Shown here in pieces: positions 9,591 to 19,347 of a stretch of 64,000 nucleotides of DNA. The translations under genes were made by a program, and so were the position numbers. Source of the stretch: Hyphomicrobiales bacterium (GTDB taxonomy: Bacteria; Pseudomonadota; Alphaproteobacteria; Rhizobiales; JAJFHB01). The stretch spans positions 48,950-112,949 of the forward strand of contig JAJFHE010000013.1 of the NCBI GenBank assembly GCA_021775755.1, read 5' to 3'. The notes under the pieces are model-generated. The model was not told the origin of the DNA, did not search any database, and saw only the letters and a list, made by a program, of their open reading frames with translations. Numbering within the stretch: position 1 is the first letter of the stretch; every line of letters starts with the position of its first letter.

Positions 9591-11249
9591 ATGGCCAAGC
9601 ACCAATACATTTACGTCATGGACCGTCTGTCCAAGACGTTCTCCGGCGGCAAGCAAATTCTAAGTGACATCCGCCTGTCGTTTTATCCCGGCGCGAAGAT
9701 AGGCGTGCTCGGCGTCAATGGAGCGGGCAAGTCGACACTGCTGCGCATCATGGCGGGAGAGGACACGGAGTATCAGGGCGAAGCCTGGGCGGCTGACGGC
9801 GTCAAGGTCGGGTATCTTGCGCAAGAACCTGCACTCAACGATGACAAGGACGCGCGCGGCAACGTCATGGAAGGCGTTGCGGAAAAGCAGGCGGTTCTCG
9901 ATCGCTACAACGAACTCGCCATGAACTACTCCGATGAGACCGCCGGCGAGATGGCGGAGCTCCAGGACGTTATCGATGCGGCCAACCTGTGGGATCTCGA
10001 TTCGCAGGTCGAGCAGGCGATGGATGCGCTGCGGTGTCCACCCGATGACGCTGACGTTAAAGAGCTGTCGGGCGGCGAGCGCCGCCGCGTGGCGCTATGC
10101 CGGCTGCTGCTGGCGCAGCCCGACATGCTGCTGCTCGACGAGCCGACCAACCATCTCGACGCGGAGTCGGTGGCATGGCTTGAGCAGTTCCTGACCGCCT
10201 ATCCCGGTACCGTGGTGATGGTGACGCACGATCGCTACTTCCTTGACAACGTGACGGGCTGGATTCTTGAGCTGGACCGTGGCCGGGGCATTCCCTACGA
10301 GGGCAACTATTCGTCCTGGATCGGGCAGAAGAAAAAGCGGCTTGAACAGGAGGGACGCGAAGAAGATGCGCGTCAGCGCACCCTGTCGCGGGAGCTCGAA
10401 TGGGTGCAGTCGAGCCCGCGCGCGCGCCAGGCAAAGTCGAAGGCGCGTTTCAAGGCGTATGACGACCTGCTGGCACAGGCATCAAAGGATCAGGAGGGCC
10501 GCGCCCAGATTACGATCCCGCCGGGTCCAAGGCTTGGTTCGCTTGTTATCGAGGCTGAGCATTTGAGCAAGGGCTTCGGTGACCGGCTGCTGATCGACGA
10601 TCTGTCGTTCCGGTTGCCGGCCGGCGGCATTGTCGGCGTGATCGGCGCCAATGGCGCGGGCAAGACAACTCTTTTCAAAATGCTGACCGGTGACGAACAG
10701 CCGGATGCCGGGGCGCTCAAGGTCGGCGACACGGTAGAGCTTGGCTATGTGGATCAGAGCCGCGACGCGCTCGATGCAAACAAGAATGTCTGGGAGGAGA
10801 TCTCAGGCGGCAACGATCTCGTGGCCCTCGGCAAGCGTGAAGTCAACAGCCGCGCCTATGTGAGCTGGTTCAATTTCCGCGGCGGCGATCAGCAGAAAAA
10901 AGTCGGCAGTCTGTCCGGCGGTGAACGTAACCGGGTGCATCTTGCAAAGATGCTGAAGTCGGGTGCGAACCTCCTGTTGCTTGACGAACCGACCAATGAT
11001 CTCGACGTCGATACGCTGCGCGCGCTGGAAGATGCGTTGGTGAATTTCGCCGGCTGTGCCGTCGTCATCAGCCACGACCGGTGGTTTCTGAACCGCATCG
11101 CCACGCACATCATGGCGTTTGAAGGCGACAGTCATGTGGAGTGGTTCGAGGGCAATTACGAGGACTATGAGGCCGACCGCAAGCGCCGTTTCGGCGAGGA
11201 GGCCGAGCAGCCGCACCGCATCAAATACAAGCGCTTCGCGCGCAACTGA
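9591..11249 (+). CDS. ettA: ABC-F family ATPase, energy-dependent translational throttle EttA
   Basis: [17 protein letters not shown]...; two ABC domains with Walker [10 protein letters not shown] and GANGAGKTT, signatures [11 protein letters not shown] and [11 protein letters not shown], no TM domain; ATG 9591 in frame of ORF 9507..11249. Confidence 0.85.
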   Translation: MAKHQYIYVMDRLSKTFSGGKQILSDIRLSFYPGAKIGVLGVNGAGKSTLLRIMAGEDTEYQGEAWAADGVKVGYLAQEPALNDDKDARGNVMEGVAEKQAVLDRYNELAMNYSDETAGEMAELQDVIDAANLWDLDSQVEQAMDALRCPPDDADVKELSGGERRRVALCRLLLAQPDMLLLDEPTNHLDAESVAWLEQFLTAYPGTVVMVTHDRYFLDNVTGWILELDRGRGIPYEGNYSSWIGQKKKRLEQEGREEDARQRTLSRELEWVQSSPRARQAKSKARFKAYDDLLAQASKDQEGRAQITIPPGPRLGSLVIEAEHLSKGFGDRLLIDDLSFRLPAGGIVGVIGANGAGKTTLFKMLTGDEQPDAGALKVGDTVELGYVDQSRDALDANKNVWEEISGGNDLVALGKREVNSRAYVSWFNFRGGDQQKKVGSLSGGERNRVHLAKMLKSGANLLLLDEPTNDLDVDTLRALEDALVNFAGCAVVISHDRWFLNRIATHIMAFEGDSHVEWFEGNYEDYEADRKRRFGEEAEQPHRIKYKRFARN

Positions 11250-11256
11250 CCGTCTG

Positions 11257-11973
11257 TCAGCCGTTGCGGGTGAGGAAGGCGAAGAGGGCGTTCAGATCGC
11301 CCTTTGCCTTGCGGATGATCGAGACGAACTCGGTGCGCTGCTGGAACGTCAGCCAGATGCCGTTGACGCTGACATCGAACACCTTGAAGCCGACATCGGT
11401 GCGGATGACACGCCAGATGACCGGCAGGGCGCGGCCGCTGTCGAACCAAACCTTGGAGTGGACCAGCGTTTCTTTCTCGGAGCGCTCGTGGGATCCGGTC
11501 ACTTCAACGGATCGGCCCTTCAGGTTGGAGCTGTGCGTGACAAATATCCGTGCGATGTAGCCTGATACCAGTTCGAAGTAGGGTTGGCGGTGTTCATCCG
11601 CCAGGCGGTTTGCAAACTGACCGAGGGAGAATATGGCGATCGTCGGAATGTGCGCGTGCGCGATAAGCAGGGCCTGGAACCGCGCCTTCTTTTCATCCGC
11701 CGTTGCATCGGAAACGGCGACGGCAAGGATGGAGCCGGCGATACTTGAGATGAACTCCTCTGCCGGGTGCGGCAGTGGCGGAATCACTGTCTGGTCCGGC
11801 AACGGCTCGATTAAAACCTGTGCCGCCAGTTGACTGATAGGCAGGGCGCTTAGCCCCACCATCGCCGTCGTCGCGAGCAAAAGCGATCGCCGGGTCAGTC
11901 TTCTGGCATCTGGCACCGCATTCATCTGGCCGAAGTCTTCCGCTGGTTTAGTTTGCGCTTTGGTCGCTGCCAT
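11257..11973 (-). CDS. MlaC/Ttg2D-family phospholipid-binding periplasmic protein (Tat/Sec signal)
   Basis: RRSLLLATTAMVGLSAL signal; core resembles toluene-tolerance Ttg2D/MlaC (FELVSGYIARIF...VWFDSGRALPVIWRV...FKVFDVSVNGIWLTFQQRTEFVSII). Confidence 0.6.
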   Translation of the reverse strand: MAATKAQTKPAEDFGQMNAVPDARRLTRRSLLLATTAMVGLSALPISQLAAQVLIEPLPDQTVIPPLPHPAEEFISSIAGSILAVAVSDATADEKKARFQALLIAHAHIPTIAIFSLGQFANRLADEHRQPYFELVSGYIARIFVTHSSNLKGRSVEVTGSHERSEKETLVHSKVWFDSGRALPVIWRVIRTDVGFKVFDVSVNGIWLTFQQRTEFVSIIRKAKGDLNALFAFLTRNG

Positions 11974-11985
11974 TGAGGCCGCGCC

Positions 11986-12624
11986 TTAAGCGTTGGAGCG
12001 GAGGTACTCTATCAGCCCCTGGATCTTGCCGTCATTTCTGCGAATAATGCTGACAAATTCCGACTTTTGCGTCGTGGCGAGCCATACGCCGGAGACACGA
12101 ACGTCAAACACCTTCAAGGCGCCTCCGGACGTGGTCACGCGCCACTGCACGTCGAGTTTGCGTCCGCTTGAGTAGAGCACCTGGGAGCGCACGATAATGT
12201 CTCTTGAACTGCGCACGGTGCTGCCGAGGATTTTAATCTCGTTGCCGGCAAAATCGTTGATATGCCGAATGAACACACCGGCGACAAACCTCATAACAAG
12301 TCGGACATATTCGTTTTTGGAACTGCCCGACAGGGAACGGTACTGGCTGCCGTAGGAGCCCAGCGAGAACACGGCGATCTTGGCGCGCGCGGCCTTGCTC
12401 CACAAGAGGTTGAAGAACTTGTCCTTCTTGGACGTGTTGTTGCCGCCTCCGTTGACGACGCCGAGGATTCGCGTGCCGACGTCCTTGATGAAGTTTTCAG
12501 CGGCTGTCGCGGCCTGTGCGTCATTTGCGGGCATGCCGAACGTAAAGCCGGAAAACAATGCCGCCGTGGCGCCGGCAAGAATCGACCGGCGGGATGGACG
12601 TGTGTGCACAATGTCTTTTGTCAT
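11986..12624 (-). CDS. MlaC/Ttg2D-family protein (tandem paralog)
   Basis: SRRSILAGATAALFS signal; LKVFDVRVSGVWLATTQKSEFVSIIRRNDG parallels upstream paralog; start placed at ATG (MTKDIVH) rather than ORF-track start 12735. Confidence 0.55.
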   Translation of the reverse strand: MTKDIVHTRPSRRSILAGATAALFSGFTFGMPANDAQAATAAENFIKDVGTRILGVVNGGGNNTSKKDKFFNLLWSKAARAKIAVFSLGSYGSQYRSLSGSSKNEYVRLVMRFVAGVFIRHINDFAGNEIKILGSTVRSSRDIIVRSQVLYSSGRKLDVQWRVTTSGGALKVFDVRVSGVWLATTQKSEFVSIIRRNDGKIQGLIEYLRSNA

Positions 12625-12862
12625 CGAATAACCTGTTCCTTGGTGGTCACTAAGCGTGTGGTTCCCGATGCGTTGGCCTGCCCCAGCGAAATCGATCAGA
12701 CCCGCAGCGCACACATATACAATACGTCCGCGCATTGCTCAAACGAACTTCGTGTAAGTCGCAGGAAATGTGATGCTCCATGAACCGGTGCCGCGATACC
12801 GCGCAGGCAGAGAAACGCCGCCGGCAGCGGCGATCCCATGTCCGTTTAGCTGAGCAAAGCGG

Positions 12863-13681
12863 CTATCTGATGTCCGGAATGTCGGGAAGCTCGTCTTCGA
12901 CAATTTCACCATTGTTAATCTCGGACACCCGGCTCTGCCAGTAGAGCGTCTTGAGAGTGGTGTAGTAGTCCGGTGAGCTCTCGCGCACGCTGTCGAGGAC
13001 ATCGAGCGCATCTTCGCGCGCCGATACCATCGTCGCCAATGTCGGCGAGGATGCTTCGATGAACGAATTGTCCCAGAGAATCCAAGTCCACGGGTTGGCA
13101 AGTACATCGACGGCGCGGCCCACCAGGTGGCGCGGGGTCGAGGGGCCAAGGATCGGCGCGACGATATAGGGGCCGGACGGGAAACCCCATACGGCCAGCG
13201 TTTGTCCGAAGTCTTCGGTGTGACGTTCCCAGCCAGCCTGGGACGCGACATCGTTGATGCCGCCTATTCCAGCGATCGTATTGACAAAGAAACGCGCAAC
13301 CGTCGTGCTCGCGCGATCGCTGTTGCCTTGCAGCAGGTCGTTCGCCAATGTGATCGGCGTCGCGGCATTGCTCAGAAAGTTGGCAAGGCCAAGACGGACG
13401 GGCGGTGGCAGCACGGCGCGATAAGTGATCGCGACGGGCCGGAAAACAACTAGGTCCACGGCGTCGTTCAACGTGAAGATCACACGATTGACCGGCTCCA
13501 ACGGATCGGCGAGGTCAAGCGCTGAGGAGCCGTCGTCGTAATCATCTACGTCGTCGGCATAGGATGCCGGCACTGAAATTGCCATCACGAGCATCGCAAT
13601 TGCCAGAATGCCGCCTAAGCGGCCAAGGCCAAACGATCGCCAAAGCATCTGGGCTAGTGTCTTCCTGGACTGGCCACCCAT
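12863..13681 (-). CDS. MlaA/VacJ-family lipoprotein
   Basis: NRVIFTLNDAVDLVVFRPVAITYRAVLP...GPYIVAPILGPSTPRHLVGRAVD matches VacJ/MlaA family; N-terminal hydrophobic signal; start placed at internal ATG 13681. Confidence 0.6.
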   Translation of the reverse strand: MGGQSRKTLAQMLWRSFGLGRLGGILAIAMLVMAISVPASYADDVDDYDDGSSALDLADPLEPVNRVIFTLNDAVDLVVFRPVAITYRAVLPPPVRLGLANFLSNAATPITLANDLLQGNSDRASTTVARFFVNTIAGIGGINDVASQAGWERHTEDFGQTLAVWGFPSGPYIVAPILGPSTPRHLVGRAVDVLANPWTWILWDNSFIEASSPTLATMVSAREDALDVLDSVRESSPDYYTTLKTLYWQSRVSEINNGEIVEDELPDIPDIR

Positions 13682-13977
13682 CGAAGGGTTACTCCTTAAA
13701 ATTGCGGCACTGCAAACCGCGCAAACGGACCTTCTATCCCGTCTCGCGGTGCACACTATTCAACAAACTTTGAGTCGACAATAGCACTTCAATTCCGCCG
13801 TCGATACTTTTGTTGCACTCCCTAAGTTATTTTTTCGTTGAAACCGTTGCTTAAATGACGCGCTTTTGGCGCGGGGCAGCCGGTGCGATTTTTCCGTGAA
13901 CTTGCGGAGCATATAACAATATGTTTATATCTCTAAGTTATGGATGGGGATGAATTGCTCACGACAGAGGGTTTCCG

Positions 13978-15006
13978 GTGGTGACTGGCGATCAAAATGA
14001 CGTCGAAGTTCTGCTTTCCTGCCTCAGGGCGGCAGGGGAGCGCACCCGATTGCGCCTGCTTTACCTGTTGTCGCGCGGGGAGCTCAATGTCAAGGAGCTG
14101 ACACGGATTCTGGGCCAAAGCCAGCCCCGTGTAAGCCGACATTTGAAGCTGTTGTGCGAAGCCGGGCTTCTGGAACGCTACCGCGAGGGCAGTTGGGTGT
14201 TGTTTCGCGTGCGCGAGACCGGCATTGCCGGCGCGGTGTTGCGGCTGATCGGCGAACTCATTCCGCCCGACAGCGCTGAAGTCGAGCGCGACCTGAAGCG
14301 GCTTCACGAGATCAAGCAGGTGCGCGCCGACGCGGCGGCAAAGTATTTCCAGAAGAATGCCGCCGCCTGGGACAAAATTCGCTCCCTGCATGTGGCCGAG
14401 GAGGCGGTTGAGCGCAAATTCGCGTCTCTGCTCGGGGATGAGCCCATCGATCTTCTCATCGACCTGGGAACAGGCACGGGACGTGTTCTTGAATTGCTCG
14501 CCGACCGCATCGGCCAGGGCATCGGCGTCGACACCAGCCATGCGATGCTCGGCATCGCGCGCGACAATCTGGAGCGCAATGGGCTGACGCACTGTCAGGT
14601 GCGCCACGCGGATATTTTTCATCTGCCCTATGACAATGCCAGCGCCGACGTGGTGACGGTTCATCAGGTGCTGCACTTTCTCGACGACCCGGCGCCCGCC
14701 CTGCAGGAGGCGGCGCGCACGCTGAAGCCCGGCGGCCGCATGCTGATTGTCGATTTCGCTCCGCATGAGCTGGAGTTCCTGCGCGATGGTCATGCGCACC
14801 GGCGCCTCGGTATTGCCGAGGCGCAAATGGCTGCCTGGATATCGCGTGCAGGGCTCGAGCTTGTTTCCCACGACGTCCTGCCGCCTGAATCGGGAACTCC
14901 CGAAGAAGGCCTCACCGTCTCCATCTGGCTTGCGCGCGCGCCCGCGCAGGCCGGACTGACCAGTTCCATTCCTGGCGTATCCATCAAAGGAGTTGGCCTC
15001 CCGTGA
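13978..15006 (+). CDS. ArsR/SmtB-family transcriptional regulator fused to SAM-dependent methyltransferase domain
   Basis: N-term wHTH (RLRLLYLLSRGELNVKELTRILGQSQPRVSRHLKLLCEAGLL), C-term MTase motifs (LLIDLGTGTGR, MLIVDFAPHE); overlaps metF start by 4 nt. Confidence 0.75.
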   Translation: MVTGDQNDVEVLLSCLRAAGERTRLRLLYLLSRGELNVKELTRILGQSQPRVSRHLKLLCEAGLLERYREGSWVLFRVRETGIAGAVLRLIGELIPPDSAEVERDLKRLHEIKQVRADAAAKYFQKNAAAWDKIRSLHVAEEAVERKFASLLGDEPIDLLIDLGTGTGRVLELLADRIGQGIGVDTSHAMLGIARDNLERNGLTHCQVRHADIFHLPYDNASADVVTVHQVLHFLDDPAPALQEAARTLKPGGRMLIVDFAPHELEFLRDGHAHRRLGIAEAQMAAWISRAGLELVSHDVLPPESGTPEEGLTVSIWLARAPAQAGLTSSIPGVSIKGVGLP

Positions 15007-15935
15007 GTTTAACCGACGACGGCAGTAATTTGACCGAACCGCAATCGCAAGACCGGATCCAGGTCTCATTCGAGTTCTTTCCGCCGAAAACCGACGGGAT
15101 GGAAACAACCCTGTGGAACTCCATCAAACGGCTGGAACCGGTCGATCCGAGCTTTGTGTCGGTGACCTATGGTGCCGGCGGCAGCACGCGCCACCGCACG
15201 CATTCGACGGTAAAGAGAGTGCTGAGCGAGACAGCTTTGACGCCCGCCGCGCATCTGACCTGCGTCGGCGCCGGTCGCGGCGATGTCGATGACGTGGCGC
15301 GGGCCTATTGGGAGGCGGGTGTTCGCCATGTCGTCGCCCTGCGCGGCGACCCGTCGGAAGGGATCGGTGCGAAATACACACCCTTTGAGGGCGGTTACCT
15401 CAATGCGGCCGATCTTGTGGGTGGCTTGAAACGCATTGCGGATTTTGAGGTCTCCGTAGCCGCTTATCCGGAAAAACACCCCGAATCCGGCGATGTCGAA
15501 ACAGATCTCGCCATGCTGGGCGCAAAGGTCGATGCCGGTGCGGACCGCGCGATCACCCAGTTCTTCTTCGATAACACCGCCTATTTCAGGTATCTCGACA
15601 GGGTGCGTGCCCGCGGCCTTGATATTCCAGTGGTGCCGGGCATTTTGCCGGTGACGAATTTCGGGCGGGTGGTTGAGTTCGCGGCAAGCTGCGGCGCATC
15701 GATACCGGATGAATTTGCGCGCCGGTTTGTCGGCCTCGACGATGATCCGCAGACCCGTCAGCTTGTCGCCGCCGCCGTTGCCGCCGAACAGGTCAGCGCG
15801 CTCAGGGAGCAGGGCGTTCGGGATTTTCATTTTTATACCCTCAACCGCGCCGATCTCGTCTATGCAATCTGCCGGCTGCTTGGTCTTGGCGTGCCGGACG
15901 AGCCGGAGACACCGGGCTGCCGGGACGCGGCCTGA
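15003..15935 (+). CDS. metF: 5,10-methylenetetrahydrofolate reductase
   Basis: VSFEFFPPKT...SFVSVTYGAGGSTR...LTCVGA motifs typical of MetF; GTG start overlapping upstream stop (GTGA). Confidence 0.85.
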   Translation: MSLTDDGSNLTEPQSQDRIQVSFEFFPPKTDGMETTLWNSIKRLEPVDPSFVSVTYGAGGSTRHRTHSTVKRVLSETALTPAAHLTCVGAGRGDVDDVARAYWEAGVRHVVALRGDPSEGIGAKYTPFEGGYLNAADLVGGLKRIADFEVSVAAYPEKHPESGDVETDLAMLGAKVDAGADRAITQFFFDNTAYFRYLDRVRARGLDIPVVPGILPVTNFGRVVEFAASCGASIPDEFARRFVGLDDDPQTRQLVAAAVAAEQVSALREQGVRDFHFYTLNRADLVYAICRLLGLGVPDEPETPGCRDAA

Positions 15936-15963
15936 AGCGGGCCGGCGGATCGGGAGATTTAAC

Positions 15964-17142
15964 GTGGACGGAACGCTTGATGTCGCGCGGCTGCGCGCGG
16001 AGACACCCGGCGTCAAGGGCGTCATCCATTTCAACAACGCCGGTTCGAGCCTGCCGCCGGTAGCGGTCACTGACGCTATCAAGGCGCACCTTGATCTTGA
16101 GAGCGAACTTGGCGGATACGAGGCGGCGCGGGCGCGCGACGAAGAGTTGTCCGGTGTCTATGACGCCATCGCGCGTCTGATTGGCGCGACGCCCGACACG
16201 ATCGCGTGCGTGCCGAATGCGACCGTTGCCTGGCAGTGCGCATTCTACGGCATGAGCTTCGCGCCCGGTGACCGCATTCTCACGGCCCGGGCTGAGTATG
16301 CGGCGAATTACGTCGCCTACCTTCAGATGTCGAAGCGCACCGGCTGTTCGATCGAGATCATCCCCGATGACATGCATGGCGCCAGCGATCCTGATGCCCT
16401 GGATGCGATGATCGACGAGCGCGTGAAACTGATCTCGCTGACCTGGATTCCGACCAACGGTGGTCTCGTCAATCCGGCGGCGAAAATCGGCGCAGTGGCC
16501 CGGCGCCATGAAGTTCCCTATCTGCTCGATGCCTGCCAGGCGGCCGGGCAGATGCCGGTGGATGTGGAGGCGCTCGGGTGCGATTTCCTCGCCGCGACCG
16601 GCCGCAAGTTTCTGCGCGGGCCGCGCGGTACGGGTTTTCTGTATGTGCACCGCCGGCAGCTTGCGGGCACCGAGCCGGCGATGATCGATCACTTCGGCGC
16701 ACCGTGGCGCAGTGCCGATACATATGAGTTGCGCGCCGATGCGCGGCGCTATGAGACCTGGGAGCGCTCGCCGGCACTGCAACTCGGCCTCGGTGCGGCT
16801 GCGAGCTATGCGCTGGAACGCGGGCTTGAGGCGATTTCAGATCGCTGCAGTGGTCTTGCCGGCTTGATGCGGAGGGAGCTTGCCCTGATCCCTGGGCTTG
16901 AGATTGCGGATCTTGGCGAGCGTCCGTGTGCGATCGTCAGTTTCAGTTACGCCGGCCGTGATGCCGCGAGCGTTGCCCGGCATCTCTCCGCCCGGAAAAT
17001 CAATGCCAGCGTCACGCCACCATCCAGCACGCTGCTCGATGCCGATGCGCGAAATCTGGCGCCGCTCGTTCGGGTTTCGCCGCACTATTACAATACCGAG
17101 GAAGAAGTCGGCTCACTGGTCGATGCGCTGAGCTCAATCTAA
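15964..17142 (+). CDS. Aminotransferase class V-fold PLP-dependent enzyme (cysteine desulfurase / SufS-like fold)
   Basis: HFNNAGSSLPPVAV, PLP-lysine region ATGRKFLRGPRGTGFLYV; GTG 15964 chosen within long ORF 15673..17142; start uncertain. Confidence 0.6.
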   Translation: MDGTLDVARLRAETPGVKGVIHFNNAGSSLPPVAVTDAIKAHLDLESELGGYEAARARDEELSGVYDAIARLIGATPDTIACVPNATVAWQCAFYGMSFAPGDRILTARAEYAANYVAYLQMSKRTGCSIEIIPDDMHGASDPDALDAMIDERVKLISLTWIPTNGGLVNPAAKIGAVARRHEVPYLLDACQAAGQMPVDVEALGCDFLAATGRKFLRGPRGTGFLYVHRRQLAGTEPAMIDHFGAPWRSADTYELRADARRYETWERSPALQLGLGAAASYALERGLEAISDRCSGLAGLMRRELALIPGLEIADLGERPCAIVSFSYAGRDAASVARHLSARKINASVTPPSSTLLDADARNLAPLVRVSPHYYNTEEEVGSLVDALSSI

Positions 17143-17185
17143 AGTCAGGCTAGAGCCAGGATTCTAGGAGCTCACCAGGATTTCG

Positions 17186-17224
17186 GACAAAAAGAGGCCG
17201 CCCGCTAGGGGGTGACGGGCGGCC
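17186..17224 (-). terminator. Rho-independent terminator (minus-strand orientation) with no annotated gene upstream
   Basis: GGCCGCCCG-ctagggggtga-CGGGCGGCC hairpin; on the minus strand it is followed by TCTTTTTGTCC U-run. Confidence 0.5.
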
Positions 17225-17625
17225 TACGACTCAGTGGCAATGTTGTTAGGGGAATCGGGGGGAACAGATAACCCAGATCGCCAGAACAGCTCTCTGAGCG
17301 GATCTGCACGATATGCGCTACGGCCAGGAATTTAGCGGCAATCGGGCAGAACCAGCGTTCTCTTTCCCTATTCCTTAGAGATGAGTATATGTCATTTGTG
17401 CACAAATGTGTAGTAAATTCTCTCTCGCGCCGTCGTGGTACCGTTGGTACGGATGACCCGGTGAAGTTGTGGATAGATAACCGCCCCCGGGCGACTGGGA
17501 TGCCAACTGTCGGTAATTCTTTCAGTTGGTGCGAATTTGCGCAGTAATGCCGCGAGGAAGCTTCCTGCCTTCCATAATAAACTCAATCTAGTTTCGAGGA
17601 ATTTGGTGGCAACGAGAGTAGTGCG

Positions 17626-18366
17626 ATGGTGAATTTTGATGCGGTTGGAGAGGTTGAAGCGCGGTTGCGGCAGCTGGCCGCCAATGTCGATCCGGCAAAA
17701 CGCGATGAGCGCGCACGCTTTATGAAAACTGTTATGCCCCTCCTCGGGTTGACCGTGCCGCAGCAGCGACAGGCACTGAAGCAAGGCTACAGTTTCTCCA
17801 ATCTGCCATTCGCCGGGCAGTTGCCGGTCTGGGACGGTGTATGGCGTCACGCGGTGCTGCACGAAGCCAAGTTCCAGGCCGTTCTCTTCGTCAACGCGGC
17901 AAAACCGAAACCCGCCCTAGACGCTGTGTGGCCGGTTACCCGGAGATGGGCTGAGAGCTTGAACTGCTGGGACCAGTCGGACGAGCTTTCAAAGCACTAC
18001 TCGGGACTTCTCGAAGCATCGCCTGAGCAAATCCGGCCTGTGTTGCAGGCGTGGAACAGTGACGATAACCCGTGGAAACGCCGCCAGTCGCTGGTGAGTC
18101 TGTTTTGCTATGCGCGCCTCAGGCGGCGCTTTCCCGCGGCCGCTACAGTGTTATCCATGGTCGAGGCACGGCTTGGCGATATGGATCACTATGTGCAGAA
18201 GGGGCTTGGCTGGACGTTGCGTGAATGCTTCGCAGCCTACCCCGTAGAGACGCTGGCGTTCTTGAAGCGCTATGCGGCCGTGATCCGGCCGACTGCGTTT
18301 TCGACGGCCATCGAAAAGCTTTCGGCCGGGCAAAAGCTGGAAATCAAAACGTTACGCCAACGCTAG
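17626..18366 (+). CDS. DNA alkylation repair enzyme (AlkD-like HEAT-repeat protein)
   Basis: 246 aa; WNSDDNPWKRRQSLVSLF...MDHYVQKGLGWTLRE matches DNA alkylation repair protein family. Confidence 0.6.
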   Translation: MVNFDAVGEVEARLRQLAANVDPAKRDERARFMKTVMPLLGLTVPQQRQALKQGYSFSNLPFAGQLPVWDGVWRHAVLHEAKFQAVLFVNAAKPKPALDAVWPVTRRWAESLNCWDQSDELSKHYSGLLEASPEQIRPVLQAWNSDDNPWKRRQSLVSLFCYARLRRRFPAAATVLSMVEARLGDMDHYVQKGLGWTLRECFAAYPVETLAFLKRYAAVIRPTAFSTAIEKLSAGQKLEIKTLRQR

Positions 18367-18378
18367 AGCGATCGCGGT

Positions 18379-18996
18379 CTAGCCGTTGGCCCGGACGCGG
18401 GCGATGGACGGGCGTGCGTTGACGGTTGTGCAGAGCCGGTTCAGCGCCGGAAACCGGCTCAGCAGTTGTTCCGGTTCCGTGTGCCAGTCCGGGAACATGG
18501 CAAGATAGATGTCAACCGCGCTGAACCGGTCGCCGAGCACGAAAGGTCCCGGCGACAAGGCGTCTTCAATTTGCTGGAACTCCTCGATTATTGTGTTTCT
18601 GGCCATCTCCTGGATGGGGGGATAGAGGGACGCTTCGGGAACATAGCCGTAGGTTTGGTACATGTGCCGGTAGGACATGTAGACATTGGTTGCGAGATAG
18701 ACCATCCAGCGCAGATATGCAGCGCGCGCCGGGTCCGAAGCGGCGGGTGCCATTCCGGCGCCGGGATGCGCATCGGCCAGGTAAATCATGATCGCGGCGG
18801 ACTCCGTCATTACCGTTCCGCCGGGCGCGATGAGGGTTGGCACTTCGCCGAGAGGGTTCAGCTGTTTGAGGCCGGCCAGGCTCTGATGGCCCGTCTCGTT
18901 CACCACATTGACACGTTCAAATTCGACGCCAAGTTCTTCAAGCAGAACCTCAACAGCGTATGATGCGGTGCCGGTGCGCCGGTAGAGTGTGTACAT
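18379..18996 (-). CDS. Glutathione S-transferase
   Basis: MYTLYRRTGTASYAVEVLLEELGVEFERVNV...LGEVPTL...ESAAIMIYL thioredoxin-like N-domain, C-terminal helical domain. Confidence 0.75.
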   Translation of the reverse strand: MYTLYRRTGTASYAVEVLLEELGVEFERVNVVNETGHQSLAGLKQLNPLGEVPTLIAPGGTVMTESAAIMIYLADAHPGAGMAPAASDPARAAYLRWMVYLATNVYMSYRHMYQTYGYVPEASLYPPIQEMARNTIIEEFQQIEDALSPGPFVLGDRFSAVDIYLAMFPDWHTEPEQLLSRFPALNRLCTTVNARPSIARVRANG

Positions 18997-19057
18997 GCTT
19001 TGCTCCGATTGCCTTCAAACTGTTCAACTGCGCGCGATAATGATCTAAACTTGCCCT

Positions 19058-19342
19058 ATGAAAAAGATCCTTTCACGCCTTTTCGGCGGATCCGGCGGCG
19101 CAAAGCGCGGTCAGGGCGTCGATTACAAGGGCTACGTCATCTATCCCGCACCGGAACCTGAAGGCTCGCAATGGCGGCTGGCGGGGTATATCGCCGATGG
19201 CAAAACCGAAGGCGCGCGCGAGCAGCGTTTCGTGCGTGCCGATCTCATGGCGTCGCGCGAAGAGGCGGAAAGCTTTGCGGTGCGCAAGGCCCAGCAGATC
19301 ATCGACGAGCGCGGCGACCACGTGTTCGGCACCGAACGCTGA
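19058..19342 (+). CDS. Small conserved hypothetical protein (94 aa)
   Basis: ATG with long uninterrupted frame; no recognisable domain by eye. Confidence 0.4.
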   Translation: MKKILSRLFGGSGGAKRGQGVDYKGYVIYPAPEPEGSQWRLAGYIADGKTEGAREQRFVRADLMASREEAESFAVRKAQQIIDERGDHVFGTER

Positions 19343-19347
19343 TCCGC

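Noticed and set aside
8460-9656. 398-aa minus-strand ORF antisense to the DehI-like gene
   Set aside because: Lies entirely inside a well-supported plus-strand gene; Arg/Gly/Pro-rich composition typical of GC-rich antisense artefacts; no RBS or domain.
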